This document shows positions 12,244 through 26,483 of a stretch of 64,000 nt of DNA, one piece after another. The notes under the pieces are model-generated. The model was not told the origin of the DNA. It ran no database searches and was given only the letters and a program-made list of their open reading frames with translations. Within the stretch, counting starts at the first letter, position 1; each line of letters begins with the position of its first letter. The stretch spans positions 77,562,001 through 77,626,000 of the forward strand of contig OX597821.1 in the NCBI GenBank assembly GCA_951406725.2, in the 5' to 3' direction. This DNA is from Octopus vulgaris. Taxonomy: Eukaryota. A program made the position numbers and the translations under genes.

Positions 12244-14601
12244 CTAGAAAAAAAAACGATAGATATTTTTTTTAAAAGCAATCAATTAAATGTGCAATCA
12301 ATATGTGAAAATATATGAAAAAAATGCAATGCCAGGTTGCTTCACAATGTTACTGATAATGTGTAACCTAGTATAACCTGTTACGTGGTTAGGTTAGCTG
12401 TGACAAAACCAGCAACCCCACCAAGCTTGCTTGGTGAGGAGGGTAATTTTGGATTTTGGAAAAATACAAAAATACCTATTCAATAAAAAGAGAAGGAGAG
12501 AAGGAACAAGATTCCGAGTTCAATTCGTGGTGGTGGCGGTTTTGGTGGTGGTGGTGATGGTGGTGATGATGATGATGATGATGGGCTGGTGCCAGCACCG
12601 CCTTAACTGGCATCCATGCCAGTGGCACATAAAAAGGACCAACCGATCGTGGCCGTTGCCAGCCTCCTCTGACATTCATGGCTTTCTCTAGACCCTTAGC
12701 AGTTTTACTGAAGTAAAATAATTTTAACCTTTTAATATTTAAACTGACGCTATCTGGACCATATATTCTACTAGTTTTATGTTCAAACTGACCAGATCCA
12801 ACCTCTCACACCTAACCTACAATGTCATTCTAAAAATAAACAATCACATCATAGAAATCTTGAAAGTATGATATAACACATGATTAATTCAAAACAATGT
12901 GAGTAAAGAAGCATTATATTTGACAGCGGAATCTGAATGCTAAAGGGTTAACCAACAATTAAGACTTACTAGTAATTTTGTCAGGCTTTGGCCATAGAGT
13001 AGCCGAGTTCCTTTCGGAGGCAATGACCAACCAAGACCTTTGGCATTATGTCAAACCAAGCAAAATCACAGGCGTGACAGACACCGGTGTCATGCAAATG
13101 GCACCCGTGCCGGTGGTACGTAAAAGCACCCATTACCCTCTCAGGGTGGTTGGTATTAGGAAGGGTATCCAGTCGTAGATAATCATGCCAAATCAGCTCT
13201 AGCCAAAACGTCCAACCCATGCCAGAATTGACAATGGACGTTAAATGATGATGATGATTGTCATTTTTGCTTTTTCTTGAGCCCGAGGACTCATAAGACC
13301 AGTTACCCAGAACCCATGGAAGGTAAGCGACTGAGATCTTTGGGTTAAAATCAATCATAACATCATCATCATCATCATCAACAGCAACAACAACAATGAA
13401 CATGAAATAGGAAAGACTAGGCCTTTTCTCACGCCTGACAGCAATGCAAGAAGGATTATTCATTCTTGAAAGAAGCCTTTTCTTTTAACTTTAACTTGTT
13501 TCAGTCATTGCACTACGACCATGCTGGGGCACAGCCTTGAAAAGTTTTTAGTTGAGTGAATTGATCCTAGCACTTTACTTTAATTCTGGTACTTATTCTA
13601 AGTTACAGGGACATAAACAAACCAACACTGGTTGTCAAGCAGTGCAGGGGTAACACACACACACACACATGATGGGCTTCTTTCAGTTTCCATATACCAA
13701 ATTCACTCACAAGGCTTTTGGTCAACCCAAGGCTATAGTAGAAGACATTTGCGCAAGGTACCATGCAGTGGGACTGAACCCAGAACCATGTGGTCGGGAA
13801 GCAAACTTCTTACCGCACAGCTACACCTGTGCTTATATGTTAGTAAAGAAAATTATAAAAATTCCATGTGTAGTTGTGTAGAGATGAAGTTTGCTTCACA
13901 ACCACCTGGTTTCAGATTTGGTTCCACTTTGTGACATTTTGAGCAAGTGGTTTCCAGTATAGTCCAAAGCCAACCAAAGCCTCAAGAGTAGATTTGGTAC
14001 ATGGAAACTGAAAGGAGCAGCCCTTCATATTTATGTGTACGTTGCGTATGGTGTGTGAGTGGTGTGTTTGTATTTCCTTATCTTGCCATTGCCTGATAGT
14101 TGTAAACGAGTATCACTGTTATAGAAGCAGTGTCGTTCATTTACAATAATATGTGAAAACATGTCCGACCATGGGGAAATATTGATTTCAAATTTTGATA
14201 CAAGACTAGCAGTTTTAAGGGAGGAGATAAGTCAATTGCATCAACTCCAGTATTTAACTGGTACTTATTTTATCAACCCCCAAATGTATCAAAGACAAAG
14301 TCAACTTTGGTGGAATTTGAACTCAGAATGTAAAGATGGTCGAAATGCCACTAAGCATTTTGCCCAGTGTGCTAATGATTCAGCCAGATCACCTCCATGG
14401 GGAAATATTAACATTTATAGCAACAGGTGAGGGTAGGTGTCAGGAAGGGCACCCAGCTGTAGAAAATCTGCTTCAACAAACTCTGTCCAAGTCATGCAAG
14501 TTTTGGAAAAGCGAATGTTAAAAAACTATTTCATTCATTAACTTTTTTGTTACATAAAAACTAATTAAGGTAAATTAATTAAGTTAAAATATGAGACTTA
14601 C

Positions 14602-14771
14602 TTTTCTTGTTTCTCTTTGAATTTCTTTTTTTCTTTGTTCGTTAACTTTCGTTTTTTTTTCGATGGATCGAATTTACCTTTCATTTCAAATTTTGCCATC
14701 TCTACTTTAATCTTTTTCCCTCGTACATCATAACCATCCAAGATCTGCAGTGCTAGGCTTACAGACTCCGG
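14602..14771 (-). CDS. HTATSF1: HTATSF1 coding exon 4 (RRM1 C-terminal part and Lys-rich linker)
   Basis: tttcag|PESVSLALQILDGYDVRGKKIKVEMAKFEMKGKFDPSKKK...KQE|gtaagt. 170 nt, phase 0 to 2. Confidence 0.95.
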
Positions 14772-15559
14772 CTGAAATAGAAAAAAATTCAAGATTAAAC
14801 AATTTGTATTGATGAATCCATGTTAAGGTAATTCTCAACTCCATCGGTCACGAATGACCATGGGTGCACCTAAGAGGTTATCCTCTGGGGTACAAGTCTG
14901 GGTAGAAAGTCGCCTCGCTGGTGAACACACGACCTAGGGTTGTTTTTATGGAAGACCAGCAGTCGACCATGCATACCACTCCGAGAGTGTAGTGTCAAAT
15001 CATACAACCCATGCCAGCATGAAAGGTGAATGTTAAACAACAATGATGATGATGATGATGATGATGATGATATTGGTGCCACATAAGAAGCAGCCATGCT
15101 GGCGCTATGTAAAAAGCATCCAGTATACTCCATAAAGTGGTTGAGATTAAGACAAACATGGAGGCAGTGACAGGTGACCAAGACCCTTGGTGATATACTG
15201 TACTTGTGAAGACCTGTCAAGCCAAGTGAGACCATAGTCATGGCCAACACTAGTGTCAGGTCATTGCCATCCAGGCTAGTGGTATATAAAAAAAACACCC
15301 ACTACATTCTCAGAGTGGTTGGCGTTAGGAAGGGCATCAGCCATAGAAACCTTGCCATATCAGATCAGGACCTGATGCAGCTCCCTGGCTTACCAGTTTT
15401 CAGTTGAACCGTCCAACCCATGCCAGCAGGGAAAGCAGACATTAAATGATGACGATGATGATGATGAGTTGCTTCATTTGACTAAAAATTATTGAAGGCA
15501 GTGCTCCAGCATGGCTGAGATGCAATGAGTAAATGAAAAATAAAAGAGAAATTATTCAC

Positions 15560-15762
15560 CTTGATATAACAACACAGTCCGTCCCCTTTCGGTTGACCAT
15601 TATCATCTTTATAGAGTTTGATTTTTGCTGCCCTCTTCATTGGGTCATGCATAATAAGACCACACTTTTTCATTATTGACAGAAATTCATCATCTGTGAT
15701 GTCAAGTGGAAGCCCGGACACGTAAACATTCAGGTTGTGTTTATCATCAACATGAAACCAAC
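15560..15762 (-). CDS. HTATSF1: HTATSF1 coding exon 3 (RRM1, N-terminal part)
   Basis: ttttag|GWFHVDDKHNLNVYVSGLPLDIT...KLYKDDNGQPKGDGLCCYIK|gtgaat. 203 nt, phase 1 to 0. Confidence 0.96.
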
Positions 15763-16514
15763 CTAAAAGAAACACACAAAAAATAACTAAGATTAGAAAA
15801 AAACTGGATTTTTTTTTAATAAAGATTGTTACATTTGGAGATTCAAAAACTACCAGTGTCATGCAAATGGCTCCCATGTCGGTGGTACATAAAAGCACCC
15901 ATTACACTCTCGGAGTGGTTGGCATTAGGAAGGGCATTTGGAGTCTGGCACAGCTTTCCAGTGTGCTAGCCCAGTCAAACCGTCCAACCCATGCCAGCAT
16001 GGACAATGGTTGACGATGATATATATATGCATGTGTGTGTGTGTGTGTGTGTATAGAGTGGGAGAGAAAGAGAGAGAATATAAGGGGTTTAGTTCATTTG
16101 TGATTTAAACGAATAGGTATGCTGGGTAAGTGCTATAGTTGGTAGACCATTAGGTTCCAAGATGACAGCTGAAGTTGGATCCAGAGTTCCGTTATAGCAT
16201 GTATATATTATATTAGAGGAAAACTGAACACCAAGGCAATTCTGAGATAACCCAAGTGGCTGAGTTAGCATATCCATGCAGTGGTTATTCTATCATCAGA
16301 GACAAGGTATGAATATTTTAGATAGGAAAAATTTATAGTTTACAAGGGATAAAATTCACAGTTTATAAGGAATAAAATATAAGAATAAAAAGTAGAAGTA
16401 GTTAGAATAGTAATTAGTATTTCGGTCGATAACTGATGAAGAATTAGGATCCTTCTGTGTTTGTCCTATGTGTACGTTTTTTAGCATTTAATGCATTTTC
16501 CATTTATTATAAAA

Positions 16515-16615
<101 letters not shown>

Positions 16616-17388
16616 AGAACTACAGAAAAGTAATCGAGTGACTAATCAAAAGGCAACGTTAGACAAGAATAATAAGGGAGATAATCGGTTTACGCCTTCA
16701 GGACGTCAATACAAGGGAGATAATTCTATGACTAAGTTAACGACGTTATAAGAATCTTTCAAAGTATATTTTTGAATTTCTTTAAAATAAAAAATCATAG
16801 AGAATTCTCTAAAGAATTCTTTTTGTTTAGCATGTATGTAAAGTATTGGGTTAAAAAAAGTCGAAGGTTGCCCCCAAAAATTCTAGAAATTCTTATTCTC
16901 TCAGCAATATTTTGTTTTACAAACAATAAAAAAAAATAAATACATCATACAAGTTATTATCAAGACAACTACAATGCAGTTTATTCCTGTTTCAAGACAC
17001 AATCTTAGATTCAGTCAATTGGTAAACATTAACAATTAAAATGCATTCACAGCAACTCTAGGTGAATACAATGGCTGGTACCAAAGTACAGACAGAAAGA
17101 TATTCAAGTTATGCATACAATTATTTGAACCTTACCGAGTATATCACTAGTCATCGGGCTAATCCAGAAAGGCACATTCTATTAAAAACATGGTCCATAA
17201 TATACTTCGGAACACATGAGGAGTCGGTTCCAAGAGAGGTGAATCATAGGTAAATAAATAACTAATGGTGGATTGCTGTCAATTCCTTACAGCTGTTCTC
17301 AACAAATTTTTTAATTGATTAATGGGTACATTACATCGTTATAAAAAACCATTTTCTTCAAATGAATACACAAACCACAATATTAGGA

Positions 17389-17908
17389 CGTGCAACCAAG
17401 AGAATACCCTCCATCAGGCATTTGCCATATTCAGAATCCCTTACTTCCCTGGGCATGGATACATTGAAACTCCGACATCTGGCAGCTGACTTGGCAGACA
17501 CCCATAAAATTATTAACCATCTTACAAACAATAACTCCAAGCACCTTTTCAAACTCCACTTGTCTAACACCCGTGGACATGTTTACAAACTCAGAAAACA
17601 GCACAGCTCCCATGACTTTCGGAAACATTTTTTTCACGCTAAGAGTTGCTAAAATATGGAACAAATTGCCGGCATCAGTTGTTAGTTGTTGGAGCACTGC
17701 ATCCTTCAAAACTTCCATGCTTCCTGTGATTCGCCAACACTACACCTGATTTTCTCCCCTCCATACACAATCAAGCATGTATCTGACTCATACACTGTTC
17801 ACTTTCCAGACATTTGTACACTACTACATATGCTTTATATGCACTTCTGACAAGTTGTGGTGCACCTGAGCACTGTATACAATAATTTCATTATTATTAT
17901 TATTATTA
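17389..17908 (+). mobile_element. CR1/L2-group LINE 3' fragment
   Basis: RATKRIPSIRHLPYSE..LGMDTLKLR..TRGHVYKL..FF..WNKLP, (ATT)n tail. Second copy on minus at about 40885-41300. Confidence 0.8.
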
Positions 17909-19626
17909 TAATGTTGTAGAGCCACCTGGAGATGATGACTCCTGGGGCTAGATTACAGCAACATTCGTCCTAAACCAGGACTGCCATGTTATGTTGGCAA
18001 ATAATTTTTACTCCAAAGTACTGTTGCCGAATATCTCTCGTGAGATTTACAAATAGTAATTTTTCACATTTAAAAATATGTTTAAATCTTTTAAAAATTC
18101 ATGGCAAGCACACATTTCGTGATTCCACAACCTTCACTGGTTGCAGAAGGTTATGGAAACACAAATTATGCACTTGCTGTGGATTTTTAAATATTTTAAC
18201 TGTTCCTAATACTGTGGTTCGTGGACTCATCTAAAGAAAATGTTTTTTTATGATGTAATTAATCGATTAAAACATTCGTTGGAAACAGCTGTAATAAATT
18301 GACACCTATCCATTGTTTGTTATTTATATAATTATATATATATGCATGTGTCTTTGTGATTGTCTTACCACCACCATCACTGGTTGACAACCAACGTTGG
18401 TTTGTTTATGTCACTGTGGCTTAGCAAATCAGCAACAATAAATGACAAGAGTAAGTATCAGACTTTAAAAATAAATATTGGAGTCAATTTGTTTTAATCT
18501 TTTCTATTTTATCTGCAACTGTGGAAATTTCGAAGTTTAGTGAAAATCTTTATATTTGTTGTATTGATGTAATTTTCCATGCTGAAAATATATCACTTTT
18601 TCCAGAGAAAGATAGTATCCATCAAATGTACATGATGATGATGTTCTACAAAAAAATGAGAAGGTCACAACTGGGCAAGTTTTTGGTCGTAAGTCTGCTT
18701 AATCAGGACTCACCTGAAGCTAACAACAGTCGCAAAATGTCAGCATTTCCCTGATTCACCTTAAAGTTTGGAAGGTTTTCCACAAAGTGCTTCCATAAGT
18801 GTTAGAAAGTGTCAATAAAAGGTACCCACTACACTCTTGGGGTGGGTGGCATTAGGAAGTCATCCAACCGTAGGAACTAAACCAAATTCAGACTGGAACC
18901 TGGTGTAGCTCTCCAGCTTACGAGTTCCACTCAAGCCATCTAACCCATGCCAGCATGAAAAGCATATGTTAAATGATGATGGACATACAACAGTTTAACA
19001 TAATAGCAATTATGTGTTACTATCTTATTTGTTTAATCTAAAATATAAAAATAGTCTTGAAAGGATTATTTCTCTTAGATTTCATCAATTCTGGCTCATG
19101 CATTTCTGCCACTACTTTGCCTAACAACATAAAAACATGCGTATACCAAGCATTATTATAATATTACATATAATTAAGGTGGCGAGCTGGCAGAAACGTT
19201 AGCACGCCGGGCGAAATGCTTAGCGGCGTTTCGTCTGTCTATGTTCTCAGTTCAAATTTCGTTGAGGTCAATTTTGTCTTTCATCCTTTCGGGGTTGATA
19301 AATTAAGTACCAGTTGTGTACTGAGGACTGATCTCATCAACTAGCCCCCTTCCCAAAAATTTCAGGCCTTCTGCCTAGAATAGAAAAGGATTTCTTCTCT
19401 TCAAGGCAGCAAGCTGGCAGAAATGCTTAGAGGCTTTTCATCTGTCTTTACGTTCTGAGTTCAAATTCAGCCGAGGTTGACTTTGCCTTTCATCCTTTCA
19501 GGGTCAATAAATTAAGTACTAGTTGCCTACTGGGGTCAATCTAATCGACTGGCCTCCCCTCCCCAAAAATTTCAGGCTTTGTGCCCAAAGTAGAAAAGAA
19601 TATTGGATATAATTAAAATTCCTTAC

Positions 19627-19819
19627 CTGGATCTTCTGATTTTTGCGCTGGTTTATACTTGCCACTAGTGTCACTGGGTTTGTTCTGTTCATTGCTATCA
19701 GAGTCTGGTTTGGGAGGGTCTTGGTTATATTCAATATCAGCAGTACTATTGTCTGTAACATTCGCAGCATCAGCAACACCATAATTCATCTGATACTGAG
19801 CAATGAAATCCTCATCAAT
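19627..19819 (-). CDS. HTATSF1: HTATSF1 coding exon 2
   Basis: tttcag|IDEDFIAQYQMNYG...KSEDP(G)|gtaagg. 193 nt, phase 0 to 1. Matches the conserved ITEDFIATYQANYG motif. Confidence 0.93.
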
Positions 19820-19953
19820 CTGAAATGAGAGTCACGCATTCATGTAAGCATGCTTGATTACCAAATTTTAGAGAAGGATGGCAAAACAACTTATTACTGC
19901 AGTGGTGTATATTTGTCTTTTGTCTTGTACGTGTTAAGCCATTTACCATTTAA

Positions 19954-20336
19954 CCCTTTAGCATTCAAACCGGCCACATCTGGCCAAAATATTTAACCTG
20001 TTTTATATTGAAACTGACCAGATCTCGCCTCTCACCTCAGCCCTACCATGTCGTTCTAAAACTAAAAAATTACATCAATGAAATTTCTAAACAAGATAAT
20101 GCATGATTAATTCAAACCATCCCACTGCTGCCATGTGATTTTTTTGGCGTTAGGAAGGGCATCCAGCTGTAGAAACACTGCCAGATCTGACTGGTCTGGT
20201 GCAGCCTTCGAGCTTGCCAGACCCCAGTTGAACCGTCCAACCCATGCTAGCATGGAAAGCGGACGTTAAACGATGATGATGATGATTTTAAATAAACAAA
20301 CATCACATTTGACAGAATAATCTGAACACTAAAGGG
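19954..20336. mobile_element. piggyBac-like MITE with an RTE-type tail inserted; other copies at 12728-12947 and 50511-50730
   Basis: TTAA|CCCTTTAG ... CTAAAGGG|TTAA termini and a shared ~220 bp body. Confidence 0.75.
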
Positions 20337-21718
20337 TTAAAGTGCCATATCCGGTCTGAATATCCTACTTGTTTTATGGTCAAACCAGCTATATCTGACC
20401 TCTCGCACATACCCTTCAATGTCATTTTGGAAATAAACTACTGAATCAAACATTTCAAGGTTATGAGATAATGCTTGATTAATTCAAGGCAATCTTATAA
20501 AATTTCCAGTTTGTTCCTCCGTTACTTAGCCAGTCTGTAACACCTACATGTGATTAGTTGAAGGGGGAATGAGGGAGTGTAGGGAAGGGGAGGAGAGAGA
20601 TGGGGAGGGAGAGGTGGTGGTGAGTGAAATGTATATATTTTTTTTAACTGTTTTTTTTTCCACTGTTACTTAACCTATCTGTAATGCTTTCACAGGATTC
20701 TTTGAAGAGAAAGGCAAAGAGGAGAAGAAAAAGGAGAGAGAGAAGGAGGGTAAGACGAAGAGTGAGAGAGAAAGAGGGAAAGTGTTGTGTATTAAGTCTA
20801 TAAAGTGTATATATATAAAGTAATAAAAATCAAATGGAATTGTAGTTGTGATACCCGTGTCGGTGACACGTAAAAAGCACCAACCGATTGTGACCGCTGC
20901 CAGCCTCCTCTGGCCCAAGTGCAGGTGGCACGTAAAAGGCACCCATTACACTCACAGAGTGGTTGGGTTAGGAAGGACATCCAGCTGTAGAAACACTGCC
21001 AGATCAGATTGGAGCCTGGTGCAGCCTCCTGGCTTCCCAGACCCCGGTCAAACTGTCCAACACATGCCAGCATGGAAAACAAAGGTTAAACGATGGTGAT
21101 GATGACGATGATGAATCATGTTCCAATTCCCTTCGTTTTTCAACGATTAGCAGATGAGCGATTATCTTTTGATACAGACACAATACAGGCTACGCTCTCA
21201 GGTTTTTTGGATAAAGTTTTCAAAAATAACCCAATAAGTTTACCATGAATTGCATGAAATATTCATGGGACCAACTGGTACAAATAAATAAGCATTACAT
21301 TTGACAGAATAATCTGAATGCTAAAGGGTTAGACAAAGTTGCCAATGCCAGTGGCACATGGAAATCTCCTTTTGAGTGTTGGGCATCATGGAGGCAATGA
21401 CAAATGACCAAGACCTTTGACCTTTGGCATTATGCCATGCTTGAGAAGAAGACCCATCAAGCCAAGTAAAATCGCAGTTGTGACAGATACTGGTGTCAAG
21501 CAAATGGCACCCATACTGGTGGCACATAAAAGCACTCATTGCACTCTTGGAGTGGTTGGCGTTAGGAAAGACATCAAGTGGTAGAAACCAAGCTAAATCA
21601 GATTGGAGTCTAGTGCAGCCTTCCAACTTACCAGCCCAGGTCAAACTGTCCAGGCCCTGCTGGCAAGGACAATGGACATTAAATAATGATGATGATGAAG
21701 ACAGACAGCAGCACTTAC

Positions 21719-21874
21719 CTTAGGCACATACACTTTCTGTTTAAAATCCCATTCATACACGGTCCCATCTTTGTCTGTATAAGTAATTGCAGAAGAACTT
21801 TCTTGAGGTTCAAGTTTTCCTTGTTTTTCAAGTTCTTGTTGTCGTAGTTGTTCATCAAAATCAGTAGTATCCAT
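21719..21874 (-). CDS. HTATSF1: HIV Tat-specific factor 1 homolog (U2 snRNP factor, yeast Cus2), coding exon 1
   Basis: MDTTDFDEQLRQQEL...YEWDFKQKVYVPK resembles the Tat-SF1 N-terminus (FDEQLRxQEL, YEWDxxxKxWxPK). Donor AAG|GTAAGT, phase 0. Acceptor tttctag before 21889 implies an upstream 5'UTR exon. Confidence 0.93.
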
Positions 21875-21974
21875 CCTTCAGTTTACATTCTAGAAATGAA
21901 AATGGGGGGAAAAAAAAGCCTTCACTAATAACTGAACCGCCAAATATAAGTTATAAGGCTTCTACCTTTGTTGG

Positions 21975-22640
21975 CAACAAAGGGCCTCTCCTTTAGAGTA
22001 AAAAACAGATTGTATGATACCTGTGTCCAAACAGCCATGCTACATGGCAGTGAAACATGGGCTGTGACTGCAGATGACATGCAAAGGTTTGAAAGAAATT
22101 AATCTAGTATGCTCGGCTGGATGTGCAATGTCAGAGTGCATATACACCAATGTAAGCGTCTTAAGAGAAAAATTGGGAGCAAGGGGCATCAGATGTTGTG
22201 TGCAAGAGTGGCAACTGCACTGGTATGATCATGTAATGTATATGGATGAGTACAGCTGTACAAAGAAGTGCTGATGTCTAACTGTGGAAGATACCTGCGG
22301 AAGAGGTAGACCCAGGAAGTTATGAGACGAGGTGGTGAGGCATGATCTTCGACTGTTGGGTCTCACAGAGGCAATGACAAATGATTGTGACCTTTGACGC
22401 TTTGCTGTGTTTGAGAAGGCTTGTCAAGCCAGGTTAGTGCCAGTGACACGAAAAAGCACCCATGCCAGTGGCACGTTATAGGCTCTCACTACATTTTGGA
22501 GTGGTTGGAGTTAGGAAGGGCATCCAGCTGTAGAACCTAAGCCAAAATTAGACTGGAACCTGGAGAAGTTCTCCAGCTTCCCGGTTCCAGTCAAACCATC
22601 GAACCCTGGCTAGCATGGAAAGCAGACACTAAATGATGAT
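21975..22640 (+). mobile_element. RTE LINE 3' fragment, decayed
   Basis: LHGSETW, LHWYDHV and GRGRPRK-coding DNA followed by the AGGAAGGGCATCCAG block and GAT tail. Confidence 0.8.
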
Positions 22641-22837
22641 GGGTGTGAGTGTGGTGGTGTGGTATGAAATTTGCTTCCCAACCACATGATTTCAGGTTCA
22701 GTCCCACTGCATGGCTTAGGCAAGGGTCTTCTACTATAGCCTCGGTCTAACCAAAGCTTTGCAAATGAACTTGGTAGCTTGAAACTGAATGATATAGACA
22801 GAGTGTGTGTGTGTGTGGTGTGTTGTGTATGCATATA

Positions 22838-22879
<42 letters not shown>

Positions 22880-25399
22880 AGAGACCAAAGTGTACGTACA
22901 CCGCGATATGTATATAAAAAGGAATACAAAAAAGGGTCAAGAACGCAAAACATCCAGACAACTAGATGATACAAAAAAGGGGATAAGAAAAAACACGGAC
23001 GAGTCATTTTTTTCTGTCCGTATAATCAGCTGAAATTGCAAAGATAATCTGGAACTTGACTGAAGAAAGAAAACTTCAAATGACCCATCCGGGTTTTTTC
23101 TTGTCCCTTTATTTTATCATGTCTGGATATTTTGTAGCTGTCTGGATGTTTTGCATTCTTGACCAATTTTTTGTATTCCTTTGTATATATATATATACAC
23201 ACACACATACACACCACACACACAATATTTAGACACGGGTAAACACAAGCGCAAAAATGTACGTACACACACAACAGGCTCTTTTCAGATTCCGTCTACC
23301 AAATCCACACGAAAGAAGGCTTTGCTCAGTCCAAGAGTAAAAGGCAAATGCCAAAGATGCTGAACCCAAAACCACGCATTTGGCAAGCAAGCTTCTGAAC
23401 CATACAGCAACATCTATCCAAGTGTAGATAACATTTTTTTTTCTGACATCACTAAAAATATGGCTGAATTCAGCTGAGTATATGACAAGTATTTATTGCT
23501 TCTGAGTATATGACAAGTATTTATTGCTTCAACCATGGGAAGAAGAGAAAGTTGACAGTACTTCCACTTGGCAGGTAGAAATCCAATTAAGCTTAGACTA
23601 TCAGAAAACCATGAGTGAGGGTTTTGACAATAAACCCAACATAACGGCTACTCTAATGTATGGAGTTACTTCCCTTTAATTTTCGAAATTTCGAAAGATG
23701 TGATGTCCGCTTCAGTATTAAAATCATACTTTTTATATATGGAATAAAAAAAATAGTTAACAGTAGTAATAGCAGTAGTTAATAGAATGAGCACCAGAGA
23801 TATGAAAGCTCCCGAGAAGTTCTTGGTTTCTTCTGTTACCTGAGTGATCTTAATTAACAATGGAGGTGAATGCTCCTAAAGCATTAGAGCCAAAGCTAAG
23901 ATTAGGGTAGGAAAAGTTTAGGGAGTTTAACTCTGCTGGCAGCAAAGAGACTCTCTCTCTCTCTCTCACTCTCTGTTTATCTATCTATCTATCTATCTAT
24001 CTATCACTATCTCTCAGTAGATTGTATAATGTTTGTGTACAAAGTATGATGAGAAAACATGCTCACTGAAAGCAGATGTGCAAAGGATGGAAAGAAATGA
24101 AATGATGGGCGGCAGAAGCTGACTGACTCTCATACACCATGGGACAAATGAACAAATAACGATCAAGACGACAGCAACAAACATGAAATAACAGATTCGT
24201 TATGTAGAGAGCCTCCATGCAGTCATTCAACCTCCTAGAAGTAGCAGCTAAATCACCCTCAAATCACACTAGTCTTAAAGATACTGGGTTGTCAGATAAA
24301 TTTGTTGGGTTTATTTCTCTATGTGGTAAGTTTTCTCCCCAATCAAATAGTTCCAGGTTCAGTCCCACTGCATGGTACCTTGCGCAAGTGTCTTCTACTA
24401 TAGCCTCGAACTGACCAAACCCTTGTGAGTAGATTTGGTAAAAGGAAACTGAAAGAAACATGTCATGTGTGTGTATATATATATATATGTGTGTGTGCGT
24501 GTGGGGGGGTATATATATGTATATATATATACATATATATCATCGTCATTTAACGTCCATTGTCCATGCTGGCATGGGTTGGACGGTTTGACTGGGCTGG
24601 CACACTGGAAGGCTGCGCCAGGCTCCAGTCTGATTTGGCATAGTTTTCTATCGTTGGATGCCCTTCCTAATGCCAACCACTCTGAGAGTGTAATAGGTGT
24701 TTTTACATGCCACCGGCACAGATGCCCTTTGACTGACACCAATATCTACCATGACTGTGATTTTGCTCAGCCTGATGGGTCTTCTTCTCAAGCATGATAT
24801 AATGCCAAAGGTCTTGGTCATTGCCTCCGTGAGGCCCAACAATATATATATATATATATTATGACATGTCCTTCTGTCTGTGTTTGTCCCCCGCCACTGC
24901 CTGGCAACTGGTATTGATGTGTTTTCATTCCTGTAACTTAGTAGTTCAACAAATGTAACCAACAGAATAAGTACCAGGCTTTAGAAAATGAAGAACCAGG
25001 TTCAGTTTGTTTGACTAAAGTTCTTCAAGGCAGTGCCCCAGCATGGCCGTGGTCTGACTGAAACAAGTAAAAGATAAAAGAATCACATCTGACTTCTCAA
25101 ACATAAACTGGTATTTTTTAGATTATTTGGGGTTAAGGGTTTCACAGTCTATCAGTAATATACTTAACAATTCTTGTCTGAGTCAAACTACCAAAACAGG
25201 TGCAATTAAACAGCTACACTTCACTGGTGTAAACAGTGGGAGCACTGATCAGCTAATGTTGCATTAGATTATAGTTCTAAGTCATTTTAAAAGAGCTCAT
25301 ACCAAGATACCCAACTTAGCTCAATTTTACAGACCTCAACATAAATGATCTTACTAAAGCTTCTAGGGATAAATGCAATTATATTACATAGAGAAGACT

Positions 25400-25790
25400 T
25401 CATCGTCCTCGTGTGGCTTCCTTGTCTCTTTTCTATAAGTATTTTCATGGACATAGTTCAGCTGAGCTCCCTTCTCTGCTTCCTCCTTTAAAAACTTATC
25501 AGCGATCAACTAGAAATGCATCCAGTTCTCATCACTATACTGTGCAACCTCCTAAGTGTTGTAAAGCACTTTACACTACCAGTTTCTTCCCTCGCACCAC
25601 TGCACTTTGGAATTTCTTTCCAAAGTCTTGTTTTCCTCTTCAATATGACCTCCAGCCTTCTAAGTCTAATGTACATCATCACTTATTGACTTCTGTCTAG
25701 CATCCATTTTATTCTAGTAGCTCTTACGTTTTCAGTGGTCTAAGGACTTTGTAACGAGCAAATGCTTTATTTAAAATTTAAAAAAAAAGA
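25400..25790 (+). mobile_element. Non-LTR retrotransposon ORF2 C-terminal fragment (Jockey/CR1 group)
   Basis: ASLSLFYKYFHG..SAEL..SFFPRTTALWN.FP, followed by an A-rich tail. Confidence 0.7.
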
Positions 25791-26483
25791 GCTGTCCATC
25801 TAAGTCAAGAGTTCTCAGCTGGGGTCCATATGACCCTTAGGAATCTATATAAGATTGCAGAGGGGCATGCAAGCAAAATAGTAAATCAGGGATCCACAGT
25901 AGAGCAAGGAATTTTTTTCTAATATTTTAAATAGTTTAACATGCTTCTGGAAACTGAAACATGTTTTCCAGAAAATGCTTATTCAAACCTACACAAGTGA
26001 ATGTGTGAAAAACAAAATGGGAATTTTGAAAGACGGAACTATAAACTAAACTTTAAAAACTGAATGGTTGTTGGGGTCTGCCAGAATAACAACAACCTGT
26101 TAAGTTACAGGGATGTAAACACACCAATGCTGGTTGTCAAGCAGTGGAAAAAGAACAACAGGCTTCTTTCAGTTTCTGTAGAAGATACTTGTCGAAGGTG
26201 CCATACAGCAGGATTGAACATAGAACCATGTGGTTGGGAAGCAAGTATCTTACCACACAGCCATGCCTGCATCTATGAGAACCAGTTTTTAATAAATTTT
26301 AAAAGGGTTGCTGTGGAACTGTCAGTGAAGAAGATATGAAGAACATTTCAAGTTAATTTAACAGTTTTGAGTTATTCACTAGAACAGTTTTCTACAATAT
26401 TATAATTGTTTCAGTAACAATACACAGTCTCAGATGAAGTCAACTGTGAAGTACATTGAAAATAGTAAATGAATAACACAGCG

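Noticed and set aside
16230-16306. Minus-strand CTGATGA with ATAACC/GGTTAT stem as a hammerhead
   Set aside because: GAAA box reads GAAT and there is no stem I partner; too decayed to support.
23474-23530. 28-bp exact tandem duplication (also a 15-bp one near 29140-29170)
   Set aside because: Ordinary local slippage duplication with no further structure.
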